DNA from: a virus
DNA length: 64,000 nt
IMG/VR virus record: IMGVR_UViG_3300042923_000619
Location: 32,001 to 96,000 of that record
Strand: one strand, 5' to 3'
Positions 10,099 through 19,260 of the stretch are shown one piece after another. Under the pieces are notes generated by a model. That model did no database searches and was not told the DNA's origin. It saw nothing but the letters and a program-made list of their open reading frames with translations. The translations under genes were made by a program, and so were the position numbers. Every line of letters begins with the position of its first letter. Position 1 is the first letter of the stretch.

Positions 10099-10401
10099 TT
10101 ATTTGTAATCCGATAAAGATATTAAGAATAATCGACTGTTCAATTTTTCTTCGGATAAAACAAACCATTCCCCGCAACCTCTTGAAAAATCTAAAATTTT
10201 ATGCAAATGTCTTTCTAGCTTTTTATATTGTACACAAGGAATTATTTGTATAAGTTCTAATTCATCTTTAGAACCAACAAATCTATTGGTGCTTTGTATC
10301 TGTTTAAACCTCAATTTACAATCTTTTGAACACCCAATTTTTATGTACATACTTTCATTAGTAGACTTTGATATGTTTTTTATAAAATATACTCCACTCA
10401 T
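10099..10401 (-). CDS. T5orf172 / GIY-YIG-like domain protein
   Basis: VYFIK...YIKIGCSKD...R...LERHLH...GEWF. Confidence 0.7.
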   Translation of the reverse strand: MSGVYFIKNISKSTNESMYIKIGCSKDCKLRFKQIQSTNRFVGSKDELELIQIIPCVQYKKLERHLHKILDFSRGCGEWFVLSEEKLNSRLFLISLSDYK

Positions 10402-10584
10402 TTTATTACCCCTTATTTTAAATTATTTTATTCATCTTAGAAATTTTCACTCTATATAATTACATTAATATATACCTTATAAACCTAGTAATAATGCCAT
10501 TATTGATAACGACCTTGGTAACTTTTATATACTTATATAGTACATTATATATTAGTTGGTCTACCAATCAGCTAACTTAACTAA

Positions 10585-12255
10585 TTAACAATTGAGCCTA
10601 TATCTATAATAGTCGTATCCATTATTCTTACTTGTTCTAATATCATAAATATCAATAATATGACAATCAATTAAGTTCTTTATCATTTTACTTATATTGG
10701 CTTGATTTTCAGTTGTATTATTTTTATAGTAAGCTTTTGCTAAGTCTACTTGAGACATTACAAATATATTTCCTTTTGTTTTATTCTCCACTAATTGTTG
10801 TTTATGTAGATATCTGATTAGCACATATAAAGCTAATTCATTGGGATTAATATTCTGACAAATACACATACAAGTTGCCATAAAGCTTATTTTTATTGTC
10901 TTATCTAAGGCAGTTCTTATTGGATTAAATTTGTAATATTTTTTATTTCTTGAACCAATTTCTTCTGTAATAAACTTTTTCTCAATAAGACTATTTAAAG
11001 TTTCTCTTAATGTTTTTTCAGATAAACAAGATTTTTTCTTATGTGTAATACTTCTAATAAGTAATTTTATATCCATACCAAACTTTTCTGTTAAAGGTCT
11101 AGGATTATCATATTCTAACCTTAATATGTTTAATATTAAAATTTCATTACCATTTAACATGTTAATCCCTCCATTTTGTTTATTTCTTATTTTCTTTGTT
11201 ATTTTATCTTCTAATTGATAAGTTTCATAAATTACTCCGTCTTCATCAACTAATGAATCAAAATCAAATTCTGACTCTGTAAAATTAAAGCATTCACTTT
11301 TACTATCACATTCTTTACAATTCATATGTACATACTTTAAATTGTTATAAATACTTTTAATTCTATAATCTAAATTGTCATTATAACTGCTTTTATCTGC
11401 CCATGATTTACAAGCCAAAGTTATTTCTTCAATTGTTTTATTTCTTTGTCTTAAATTAACTACTATCTTTTGAAGGTCAGAATATCTATCTCCTTCGATA
11501 GTTCCATTTTCTAATATACTTAATATGCATTTGGGAATATTAGTATTGTTAGTCATATATTTAATTTGTTTTTTACTTGCATTATTAACAACTGTTTTTC
11601 CACAATTCTTTTCATATAGAAATTCAATATCATATGGTTTAATTTCATCTCTATTATCCATAGCTATTATTTTAACTAATTTAGTTTTATTCTCATCTTT
11701 AATGTTGTATGAGTATGGTGTTCTTAATATTTGTGTTGGCAAACAGGCATGGTTATCAGCCTTTAATTTTTCACATAATACCTTTTGAACTTCATTTACC
11801 ATATCTAATTTATTTGTCTTATTGATACAAACATAGACATGATACCCATTACCTGAATCTACAAGACAATGAAAATGAATTTTATTTTGCTTAAATATAT
11901 TTAATATATCTAAATGGTCAAAATCTTCGCCTAAATCTTTTTTGTCGAAGTCAAATCCAAGACAATATCTATATTTTAAATTTTCAGTTTTCCCACTTTC
12001 ACTATCATCAACACTAGAAAGTTGAAAATAAGTATTTTTATTATATTTAGCACCACTTGTAACATAATTTACTACACTATCAATATCATTAAAGAATTTC
12101 GTTTTAATTTCAGTTGCTTCAGTATTTCTAGTTTCATTATTTTGAAATATTCTTATATACTCCTCATCTTCGTCAAACTCTCTAAAAATTAGTTTTAGAA
12201 ATTTCTTTACTTTAATATCTTTGTCCATTGCTTTTAGTTCTTCTTTACTGTACAT
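10585..12255 (-). CDS. Primase-polymerase (AEP superfamily) with Cys cluster and C-terminal winged-helix-like region
   Basis: GFDFD catalytic DxD, LVDSGNGYHVY motif II, CKECDSKSEC, C-terminal HTH-like segments. Confidence 0.75.
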   Translation of the reverse strand: MYSKEELKAMDKDIKVKKFLKLIFREFDEDEEYIRIFQNNETRNTEATEIKTKFFNDIDSVVNYVTSGAKYNKNTYFQLSSVDDSESGKTENLKYRYCLGFDFDKKDLGEDFDHLDILNIFKQNKIHFHCLVDSGNGYHVYVCINKTNKLDMVNEVQKVLCEKLKADNHACLPTQILRTPYSYNIKDENKTKLVKIIAMDNRDEIKPYDIEFLYEKNCGKTVVNNASKKQIKYMTNNTNIPKCILSILENGTIEGDRYSDLQKIVVNLRQRNKTIEEITLACKSWADKSSYNDNLDYRIKSIYNNLKYVHMNCKECDSKSECFNFTESEFDFDSLVDEDGVIYETYQLEDKITKKIRNKQNGGINMLNGNEILILNILRLEYDNPRPLTEKFGMDIKLLIRSITHKKKSCLSEKTLRETLNSLIEKKFITEEIGSRNKKYYKFNPIRTALDKTIKISFMATCMCICQNINPNELALYVLIRYLHKQQLVENKTKGNIFVMSQVDLAKAYYKNNTTENQANISKMIKNLIDCHIIDIYDIRTSKNNGYDYYRYRLNC

Positions 12256-12259
12256 TAAA

Positions 12260-12400
12260 TAACATCTCCTTTATAAATTTATAAGCAATTCCACTACTTG
12301 CCGAGAAGCAGAATAACCCTCTAAAAGAGAACTGAAGAATCTCGGCTTTCTTAGTTCTCCATAAAGGAAATGACTAAGATAACTTTTTTCAGTTACCTTT
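12260..12400 (-). promoter_or_regulatory. Structured 5' leader of primase gene
   Basis: Hairpin 12327-12359 with loop AGCCGAGA complementary to TCTCGGC at 12300-12306. Confidence 0.5.
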
Positions 12401-12420
12401 TACAAGGTTCATAAATTTTT

Positions 12421-12463
12421 ACATAATAAAAAGACCTAAGAAGATTACTTCCTAAGCCTTTTT
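12421..12463 (-). terminator. Rho-independent terminator ending lysis cassette
   Basis: AAGGCTTAGG/CTTAGGTCTT imperfect stem then TTTATTATG. Confidence 0.6.
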
Positions 12464-12489
12464 AAGTTCCAATAAATCAATTATTTTAT

Positions 12490-13125
12490 TTATTGTATAG
12501 TATTAGTAGTAATTCCATTTACATCTGCTTGTGCTAATATATTATTTGCTGTTTGTTGATCTACTGTAACAGCGTTTACTACAACATTATTAGCATTACT
12601 TAAAGCACTATTAATAATATTCAATTTATTATTTAAATCCTCAACTTGTTTCTTTAGTAACACATTTTCAGCAACTACATTTGTCTTTTCATTAATTAAT
12701 TGTGAATTTTGATTTTGTAAATCTACATTAGATTGTTTTAATGATTCATCGGTAATAACTGCTTGTTTCCCTTTATTAAATTCACCAGCAATAGCCTGTC
12801 TCAAATCATCAATATTTTCTTGAGTTAAATAAGGAATCTTTTGTAACAATAATTGGTCAAACATTTGTGATTTAGAAACTAATAAGTCTTCTACTTTTTC
12901 AGTAATTCTATATTTTTCTTCAACAATGTTCCATATTTCTTTAGCAGTATTAATCTCATCTTGATGTTGTGCTAATTGCTTTGTAACTCCTGAACTTTCT
13001 TTTTTAGCTTTCGCAGTATCAATAATAATGTCACCAACTTTAAAAATAAGTTTTCCTATAATACCTACTGCCCCTGTTATAATAATTGGTAAAGCCACAC
13101 TAATAATTATATTCCATATTTCCAT
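12490..13125 (-). CDS. Putative holin-like membrane protein with coiled-coil tail
   Basis: N-terminal hydrophobic helix, position directly after endolysin. Confidence 0.5.
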   Translation of the reverse strand: MEIWNIIISVALPIIITGAVGIIGKLIFKVGDIIIDTAKAKKESSGVTKQLAQHQDEINTAKEIWNIVEEKYRITEKVEDLLVSKSQMFDQLLLQKIPYLTQENIDDLRQAIAGEFNKGKQAVITDESLKQSNVDLQNQNSQLINEKTNVVAENVLLKKQVEDLNNKLNIINSALSNANNVVVNAVTVDQQTANNILAQADVNGITTNTIQ

Positions 13126-13192
13126 AATTATTTTCCTCCTTGACCTTATAAGTAGTCTAACTATCTATTTTTATTACATTAATTTGTTTTGA

Positions 13193-13987
13193 TTAATTAT
13201 TACCAGTATAATCTGAGTTTAAGAAAATATTCGCTTCTTTGGTACGTCTGCGATATAAACCTTCTATTCTCTTACCTCCTCCATTACTCCATGATTGAAA
13301 GTTCCCTAGAATGGTATTATAATCTCTTATTCCATTACAGACATTTTTATATAAAGTAGATTGATTTAACAATGCGTCAGTTCCACAATTGTATGCAAAA
13401 CTTACTAATGCATCAAATTCATTTTGTGATAATGATACTCCTTTATTATTTAAATCATCTTTTATTACTTGTGCATAGTTTTTATTTATCAAATCTTTTA
13501 ACATATTACTTGCAGTTTCTTCTGATATTTCGTTTGGTAAATTAGCAATCTCAATTCCAGTCATACCATAGCCTTGTGTCAAAACCCCAACACAATCATA
13601 GTATTTATTTGGGAAGAATCCTTCAAAAGATTTTACAAAATTTATACAATTATCAGAAACTAAACTATTACTAATCAAATGCCCTTGTGGATCAAAACTG
13701 TAAGACTTACCATCTATAGTAGCAGTTCTATTTACGTAGCATTCACCCATGTATCCATTACTATCTCTTTCAAGAAAAAACCAAACTCCTTTTAATTGAA
13801 TCCAACCAGTTTTTAAATCTCCATTAACTTCATCTAAATAATACCATCGTTGGTCTTTATCTTGAAACCATCCAGTATCTAAAACACCAACATCATTATT
13901 TAAGTGATACCATTTACCATTATCAAAGTACCATCCTTTGATAATTTTACCATCAGAATTTGTAAGACACCATTTCCATTGATTCAT
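13193..13987 (-). CDS. Endolysin: N-terminal cell-wall-binding repeats plus GH24 lysozyme
   Basis: GWYFDNGKWYHL/GWFQDKDQRWYYL repeats; FEGF...YDCVGVLTQGYG catalytic E-D-T; LVSFAYNCG; GLYRRRTKEA. Confidence 0.9.
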   Translation of the reverse strand: MNQWKWCLTNSDGKIIKGWYFDNGKWYHLNNDVGVLDTGWFQDKDQRWYYLDEVNGDLKTGWIQLKGVWFFLERDSNGYMGECYVNRTATIDGKSYSFDPQGHLISNSLVSDNCINFVKSFEGFFPNKYYDCVGVLTQGYGMTGIEIANLPNEISEETASNMLKDLINKNYAQVIKDDLNNKGVSLSQNEFDALVSFAYNCGTDALLNQSTLYKNVCNGIRDYNTILGNFQSWSNGGGKRIEGLYRRRTKEANIFLNSDYTGNN

Positions 13988-14006
13988 TTATTATCTTTCC
14001 TTTCTT

Positions 14007-14492
14007 TTAATTTATTTTGATTAATAATTTACTTTCACTTATATCTTTAGGCGATGGATATTTAGAATCTATATCAGGACATAAATCTATTCCAACACTT
14101 TTAAATGCATCATACCATAACATACTGCATATGTGACTTCCAAAAGGTTCTTTATAAGGTAAAATTATATGAAATACATATCTAAATAATTCAACAAACA
14201 ATAAGAAATAATCATATCTACTTCCAACTTGTCCATTTATATATCCAATAATTAAATCTTTTTGTTCTTCTGTTAATCCTTCATATCTATATACATCATA
14301 TATACCAACATATTTATCTATAGATACTTGTCCTGTTTTCTCAAAACCTTCAGCCTCAACTAATTTACTGTTATTATCAATCACACCAGCAACATGCGAA
14401 TAATTAGAGTCTGTTATATCCTTTATGATATCGCTCACTAGACCATGATTCCTTACTAATATTAAATCACAAGGTTTTAATTCCATAAACAT
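14007..14492 (-). CDS. Permuted papain-like amidase (YiiX/YebB-type NlpC/P60)
   Basis: DLILVR...SNYSHVAGV...RYDY...HICSML, His before Cys as in permuted family. Confidence 0.75.
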   Translation of the reverse strand: MFMELKPCDLILVRNHGLVSDIIKDITDSNYSHVAGVIDNNSKLVEAEGFEKTGQVSIDKYVGIYDVYRYEGLTEEQKDLIIGYINGQVGSRYDYFLLFVELFRYVFHIILPYKEPFGSHICSMLWYDAFKSVGIDLCPDIDSKYPSPKDISESKLLIKIN

Positions 14493-14724
14493 GCCCTCTT
14501 TCTTTAATTTTAATGTATATTTATTGTTATATTACACATAATAATGTTGTAAGAAATTATGATAAAACATGGTATAACTATGGTTATATTTGTGTTATTG
14601 ATTTTTTCTTATTAAACCTAAATGGAATTTTGTACTTGCAATATTAAATTAACCATTTAGGTTTATATTTATAAAAACATATAATAATCAAGTAAATTGT
14701 ATCTTTTATTAATTTATGATATTC

Positions 14725-14871
14725 TTATTTATTAACTTCTATTAATATATTTTCTTTTTCTTCATCTGTTAACTTTACATAATCTACAATTATTTCTTCA
14801 GCAGTTTTATTTTCTAATTCCATTCTTGACTTAATTGCTCTCACAAATATTCTTAATTTATATCCTTCCAT
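14725..14871 (-). CDS. Small tail-fibre-associated protein (48 aa)
   Basis: MEGYKLRIFVRAIKSRMELENKTAEEIIVDYVKLTDEEKENILIEVNK; TGATG overlap with upstream gene; not in ORF track. Confidence 0.65.
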   Translation of the reverse strand: MEGYKLRIFVRAIKSRMELENKTAEEIIVDYVKLTDEEKENILIEVNK

Positions 14872-15140
14872 CAATTAGTACCTCCAAGTACCTTAGCTAA
14901 TGCTATTTCTATATCTGTAATTCTATCGGAATTATTAGATGTAATAGTTTCTTTTATATCTTCAACAGTAATATCTCCAAAAATACCATAACTAGATTTG
15001 ATAATATTTAACCAATAATCCAATTCTTCATCTTTCGTTTTATATATTAATTGCCTAATTTCATAATTATCTTCTATTAATTCTTTTTCAAAATCACTAT
15101 TATTTTTTAATTCTTTATTATAATAAATTATATTTTTCAT
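14871..15140 (-). CDS. Tail fibre assembly/chaperone-like small protein
   Basis: GGAGG RBS before ATG 15140; C-terminal RITDIEIALAKVLGG typical of small genes following fibres. Confidence 0.6.
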   Translation of the reverse strand: MKNIIYYNKELKNNSDFEKELIEDNYEIRQLIYKTKDEELDYWLNIIKSSYGIFGDITVEDIKETITSNNSDRITDIEIALAKVLGGTN

Positions 15141-15151
15141 TTTTATACCTC

Positions 15152-16540
15152 CTATGGTATTACTGTATAAACTGGAGTATTTGTAGAATCTAAACTCCAA
15201 TATACATAATATCCATCACTTCTTGATTCTATAGTAGTTATATACGCTCTACTTTCTAAAGATGTTAAAGATGATAAATCTTTTGAATTCAACAATTTAA
15301 TGAACAAATGTTGTTTATTACTCCCTACAATATTAGAGGTACAACCATTTCCTAAAGTATTATTATTACAACCATTTCCTAAAGTATTATTATAACAACT
15401 ACTTCCAAAAGTATTGCTTGAACATCCAATTCCTAAAGTATTATTTCTACAACTATTTCCAAAAGTATTATTACTACTATTAGGACTTATGAAATTTTCT
15501 AAACAATTATTCTCAAACATATTATTGCTATAGCTAAAACTACCATGTAAAAAATTATTTTTATTACAACCATTACCAAAACTATTATTTATACAAACAC
15601 TAGATGCTGAACCAAATACATTATTCGAACAGTTATTCCCAAAAGTAAAGCTAGTAACTTTACAAAAGAATGTGTTATTTAAAAAACTATTTTCGGAATA
15701 AAAGTTTAGAACATCTGTATAAAATATATTATTTGTTAATCCTTCATAATCACCAATATAAATATTTTTAGAATTTATTGAATTAAAAGTAATATATTCA
15801 GTATAAGAAGAAGATTTAGTAAGATATAATTTGACACCATTAGAATAACCTACAAATTTTGTGTCAATCATATCATTTGTTATAGTATTGCCTACTAAAT
15901 TGAACACATTAACATCAGTAGAACTTGTAGGGGTATTGGTATTTTTTGCAACATATATATTAGTACCACTTAGATATAAGACTCCCATTACAGCATTACC
16001 AGAAGTCCATACTGAATATGGTGTCAATGTTGTACCTATCAAATAATTGCTAGAATCTGCTGTATACCTTGCCCATAGCATAGTTCTCCAATCATTAGGT
16101 GCATTTATTTTTAATTTAGTATCATTTCTTCTTAAAATAAAACCATTTCTTGAAGTAGTACCATCTTCACATAAGTTATTAGTAAAATCATAATAAATTA
16201 TATCTTGTGGATAGTCTAAACTACTACATTCAATAGCAAACCTATTTGTATTTATTGCGGTTAACACTAGGCTTTCAACAACAGAAGATTCTTTTATTAC
16301 ATTTGTCGTTGGTTGTTGATATTTTGTTTTATAATCTGTTAATATATATTGCACTCCAGCTATTAGTGTATTGTTAGACACCATTATTTGTAATTCAGAA
16401 TAAGTTTTTGATTGTTGAGCAATATTATTAAATGCATTCTGAATTTTATCTGTATTATCATCAGTTTTTTTTAAGTCACTAGCAGTTAATACTTGTCCAT
16501 TTTCTCTGTTCATTTTTTCTAGATTTAAATTTATTGGCAT
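15152..16540 (-). CDS. Tail fibre / receptor-binding protein with 11-aa Cys/Asn repeats
   Basis: YILTDYKTKY...DIIYYDF...GFILRRND; NNTLGNGC-type repeats. Confidence 0.7.
   Translation of the reverse strand: MPINLNLEKMNRENGQVLTASDLKKTDDNTDKIQNAFNNIAQQSKTYSELQIMVSNNTLIAGVQYILTDYKTKYQQPTTNVIKESSVVESLVLTAINTNRFAIECSSLDYPQDIIYYDFTNNLCEDGTTSRNGFILRRNDTKLKINAPNDWRTMLWARYTADSSNYLIGTTLTPYSVWTSGNAVMGVLYLSGTNIYVAKNTNTPTSSTDVNVFNLVGNTITNDMIDTKFVGYSNGVKLYLTKSSSYTEYITFNSINSKNIYIGDYEGLTNNIFYTDVLNFYSENSFLNNTFFCKVTSFTFGNNCSNNVFGSASSVCINNSFGNGCNKNNFLHGSFSYSNNMFENNCLENFISPNSSNNTFGNSCRNNTLGIGCSSNTFGSSCYNNTLGNGCNNNTLGNGCTSNIVGSNKQHLFIKLLNSKDLSSLTSLESRAYITTIESRSDGYYVYWSLDSTNTPVYTVIP
15330..15640 (-). repeat. Degenerate 33-nt tandem coding repeat (xxNNT(F/L)GxxC)
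   Basis: Recurrent CCTAAAGTATT/CCAAAAGTATT on plus strand at 33-nt spacing. Confidence 0.75.
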
Positions 16541-16570
16541 ATTTTTATATCACCATCCTTTAAATTTTCA

Positions 16571-16604
16571 CAATAAAAAAGAACAGTAATATTTATACTG
16601 TTCT
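16571..16604 (-). terminator. Rho-independent terminator after metalloprotease moron
   Basis: AGAACAGTA/TACTGTTCT perfect stem then TTTTTATTG. Confidence 0.75.
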
Positions 16605-16633
16605 AAATTGTTTATATTTGTTTTTTATAATTA

Positions 16634-17440
16634 TCATAAAGTACATTGTAAATGACTATGCAATATTCCTACTTTACCTTCACAAGTATTACTACCATTT
16701 TTTGTACACTCTGTTGTAAAACTTTCAGTACCATCATGATACTCTTTTCCTTGTTTACATAATGCGTAGTGTGTTAACTCATGAACTAAAAATTTTTCAC
16801 TAAGTAATTGTATATTTTTTGCCTTACTGTTTATTTTAATTTCAAGTGGTTTACCATCCATTGTTATTGTATTGTAACCTCCAATATTTCCATATATATC
16901 ACTATATCCAATTGGAACATCTAAAGTTAAATTATAATTGTCTTTTAACCATTGATTAGCATATGATTTTAAATCTTCATCAGTTTTTAAGTCATTAACA
17001 TAAATTTTATCACTATGTTTTCCAAATCCCTTTAGACATGAATTTCTATCACTTAGAATTAAATCACTATCACTATTTTTAATGCTATCATAATCATATC
17101 TACACTTATCTAATAAAGAATCACTTGCAAAATTTATTTCAGTTAATGATTCTACTGGTTTAAATTTGTATTCCATTTTTGAACTATTATATGAATACCA
17201 ACTACCATCTTGATATTTAATTGTTGTAGTACCAGTATTATCAACATTAGCTGTACTTATATAATGATTATCATTACTTGTAAGTCCATTATTAACAATC
17301 ATATATTTATTGCAAAAGTCATTTATGTTTTTTATACCATCATCAGCAAAACATGTACTAATCATTGACATACTTATTATAGCAGTAGCTATTAAAGTTT
17401 TTATTAATCCTTTTATATTTTTAATTTTCATAAAATTCAA
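16634..17440 (-). CDS. Secreted SprT-like zinc metalloprotease (moron)
   Basis: Signal peptide ending CFA-DD; HELTH zincin motif followed by YHDG. Confidence 0.68.
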   Translation of the reverse strand: MNFMKIKNIKGLIKTLIATAIISMSMISTCFADDGIKNINDFCNKYMIVNNGLTSNDNHYISTANVDNTGTTTIKYQDGSWYSYNSSKMEYKFKPVESLTEINFASDSLLDKCRYDYDSIKNSDSDLILSDRNSCLKGFGKHSDKIYVNDLKTDEDLKSYANQWLKDNYNLTLDVPIGYSDIYGNIGGYNTITMDGKPLEIKINSKAKNIQLLSEKFLVHELTHYALCKQGKEYHDGTESFTTECTKNGSNTCEGKVGILHSHLQCTL

Positions 17441-17503
17441 CTCCCTTTAATAATTATATTATATCAAAATTTTACTTTAAATTCTATTTCTTTCTATAAT
17501 ATA

Positions 17504-17532
17504 ATTTTACTACTATAGCAAAAGAATGTCAA
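17504..17532 (-). promoter_or_regulatory. SigA-type promoter of metalloprotease moron
   Basis: TTGACA-N17-TAAAAT; -35 lies in the 3' arm of a 17-bp upstream terminator-like stem (17518-17578). Confidence 0.7.
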
Positions 17533-17598
17533 CTATTATTCTATTAATTTATTAAAATTTTATAATTAACATTCTTTTAAAATTCCAATTTTAATTTA

Positions 17599-19200
17599 TT
17601 AATTACCTATTACTATATATGACCAATCATTTATACTTCCTTCTATTGGTATTTTAAAGCCTCCATAAAAAATATTGGTATTATCTAATATATATATTAA
17701 TGTTTCTTGTTTATCTGTGTCTCTAGTATAATGCCCTAATGCACTTAAAAAGTATTGATTAGAAGATGTTTGTGACGAGTAACATCCTAATATTGGAACA
17801 TAAGTTATACTGGTGTTATTATATATAATTATTGTATTTGGAGTAAAATCTAATCCCTGAAGTAATAAATAATCAGATGGTACAGGTAATATTCTATTAT
17901 TTTGAACTTGTTTAAATGTTATACCACTAGACCAAGTATTAGCATTTAACGTTCCTGTTTTAACTTGCATTCCACCCATACTTTGTAATGTTATATTAGC
18001 TACTAAACTAACCAAATTTCTTAAACTATTATTACTATTAGCACTAACACCTTTATTAACTAAATTACTTGCTAATATATTTTTGTCTGTTTGTATTTCA
18101 TTATTTATTTCACCAAATGTATTGCTACTTGTCACAGTACCAACAGTGTTAGCAATACTAGTTTTCCCACTATTGGCTAACGTAAAAGCCGAATTTGCTT
18201 TATTCATAACCTCTGCAAAACAAGCTTCAGCATTAGTTCCATTATATAAATTTCCACTATCAACTACATTTACTTTACTTGCAGTTAAATCAATTGTATT
18301 TACCTTCGTCATAACCTCTGTTAAAGCATCTTCTACATTAGTACTTGTATACATATTTCCAATATCAACTAAAGTTACATCACTAGCTTTTACATTTTGT
18401 CTAACCCATGTATTATTATCTGAATATCTTTTAAATACATTCTCGCCTACATTAGTATCCCACCATATAATACTAGTATCCAATGGAGTATCTGTTCCTA
18501 CCCATATTTTTTCTCCACATTTCCATCTTGCTGTGTCTGTTGGATTTATTCCTACTGTACCATCAACTATACAATAATACAATCTATGATTATATACACA
18601 AGCATCTCCAGTATTGTATGTTATTGTATTATCAAAATTACCTGTATTATCTGTTCCTTTTTTAATAGATATGTTTAATGATGGGTCTCCTTTTTCTCCT
18701 TTTATCATAAATCTTAACCAATATGTATCTGTAGAAACTTCATTATTTGGTTCATGATTTAAATTGTTATCTACTTTACTTAAAAATAAAAACTCTCCAT
18801 GTCTTACAAAATTACCTGTAGAATATGTAGTTGTTGAGTTCCAATCTCCTTTTTCAGAATAATTAGATATTATTTGATTTATTTCTGCTTGTTTTTGTTC
18901 TACAAATACTACTATTCCATCTCTCATATACATTTGCATTCCACGAATACATGCACATAATTTATTCCATGTATCTGAAGTTGGTAAATATTCTTGTAAA
19001 TTAACTGCCAATTGTGTCATTTCAGCTTTTTCTGCATCTGTAGTAAATGTTTTATTTTTTAAAACATAATATCTATCTATCATATCAGAATGTGCTTTAT
19101 CCACATCCTGAAAGACTATGAAACTATCTGGATTTAAATTATCATCTGTTGTAAATGTAGACCATCTAGTCACTAAGTCATCTGTCATATAAGTTGCCAT
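17599..19200 (-). CDS. Tail fibre/baseplate protein with CBM-like repeats
   Basis: WNSTTTYSTGNFV, FDNTITYNTGDAC modules; TSTNVEDALTEV repeats; ANSGKTSIA fibre segment. Confidence 0.7.
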   Translation of the reverse strand: MATYMTDDLVTRWSTFTTDDNLNPDSFIVFQDVDKAHSDMIDRYYVLKNKTFTTDAEKAEMTQLAVNLQEYLPTSDTWNKLCACIRGMQMYMRDGIVVFVEQKQAEINQIISNYSEKGDWNSTTTYSTGNFVRHGEFLFLSKVDNNLNHEPNNEVSTDTYWLRFMIKGEKGDPSLNISIKKGTDNTGNFDNTITYNTGDACVYNHRLYYCIVDGTVGINPTDTARWKCGEKIWVGTDTPLDTSIIWWDTNVGENVFKRYSDNNTWVRQNVKASDVTLVDIGNMYTSTNVEDALTEVMTKVNTIDLTASKVNVVDSGNLYNGTNAEACFAEVMNKANSAFTLANSGKTSIANTVGTVTSSNTFGEINNEIQTDKNILASNLVNKGVSANSNNSLRNLVSLVANITLQSMGGMQVKTGTLNANTWSSGITFKQVQNNRILPVPSDYLLLQGLDFTPNTIIIYNNTSITYVPILGCYSSQTSSNQYFLSALGHYTRDTDKQETLIYILDNTNIFYGGFKIPIEGSINDWSYIVIGN

Positions 19201-19220
19201 TAGTTTCCCTCCTTATTTTT

Positions 19221-19260
19221 TCATAATAAAAATAAGCCAAGAAATTCATCCTAGCCTATT
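19221..19260 (-). terminator. Rho-independent terminator
   Basis: AATAGGCTAGG/CTTGGCTTATT stem then TTTATTATG. Confidence 0.6.

Noticed and set aside
14559-14615. Hydrophobic plus-strand peptide as a type I toxin
   Set aside because: Only 18 codons, no RBS, no charged C-terminus, no evident antitoxin
15330-15640. CRISPR array or active DGR variable region
   Set aside because: Repeats are contiguous, in-frame coding units with no spacers; no RT or template repeat in the window
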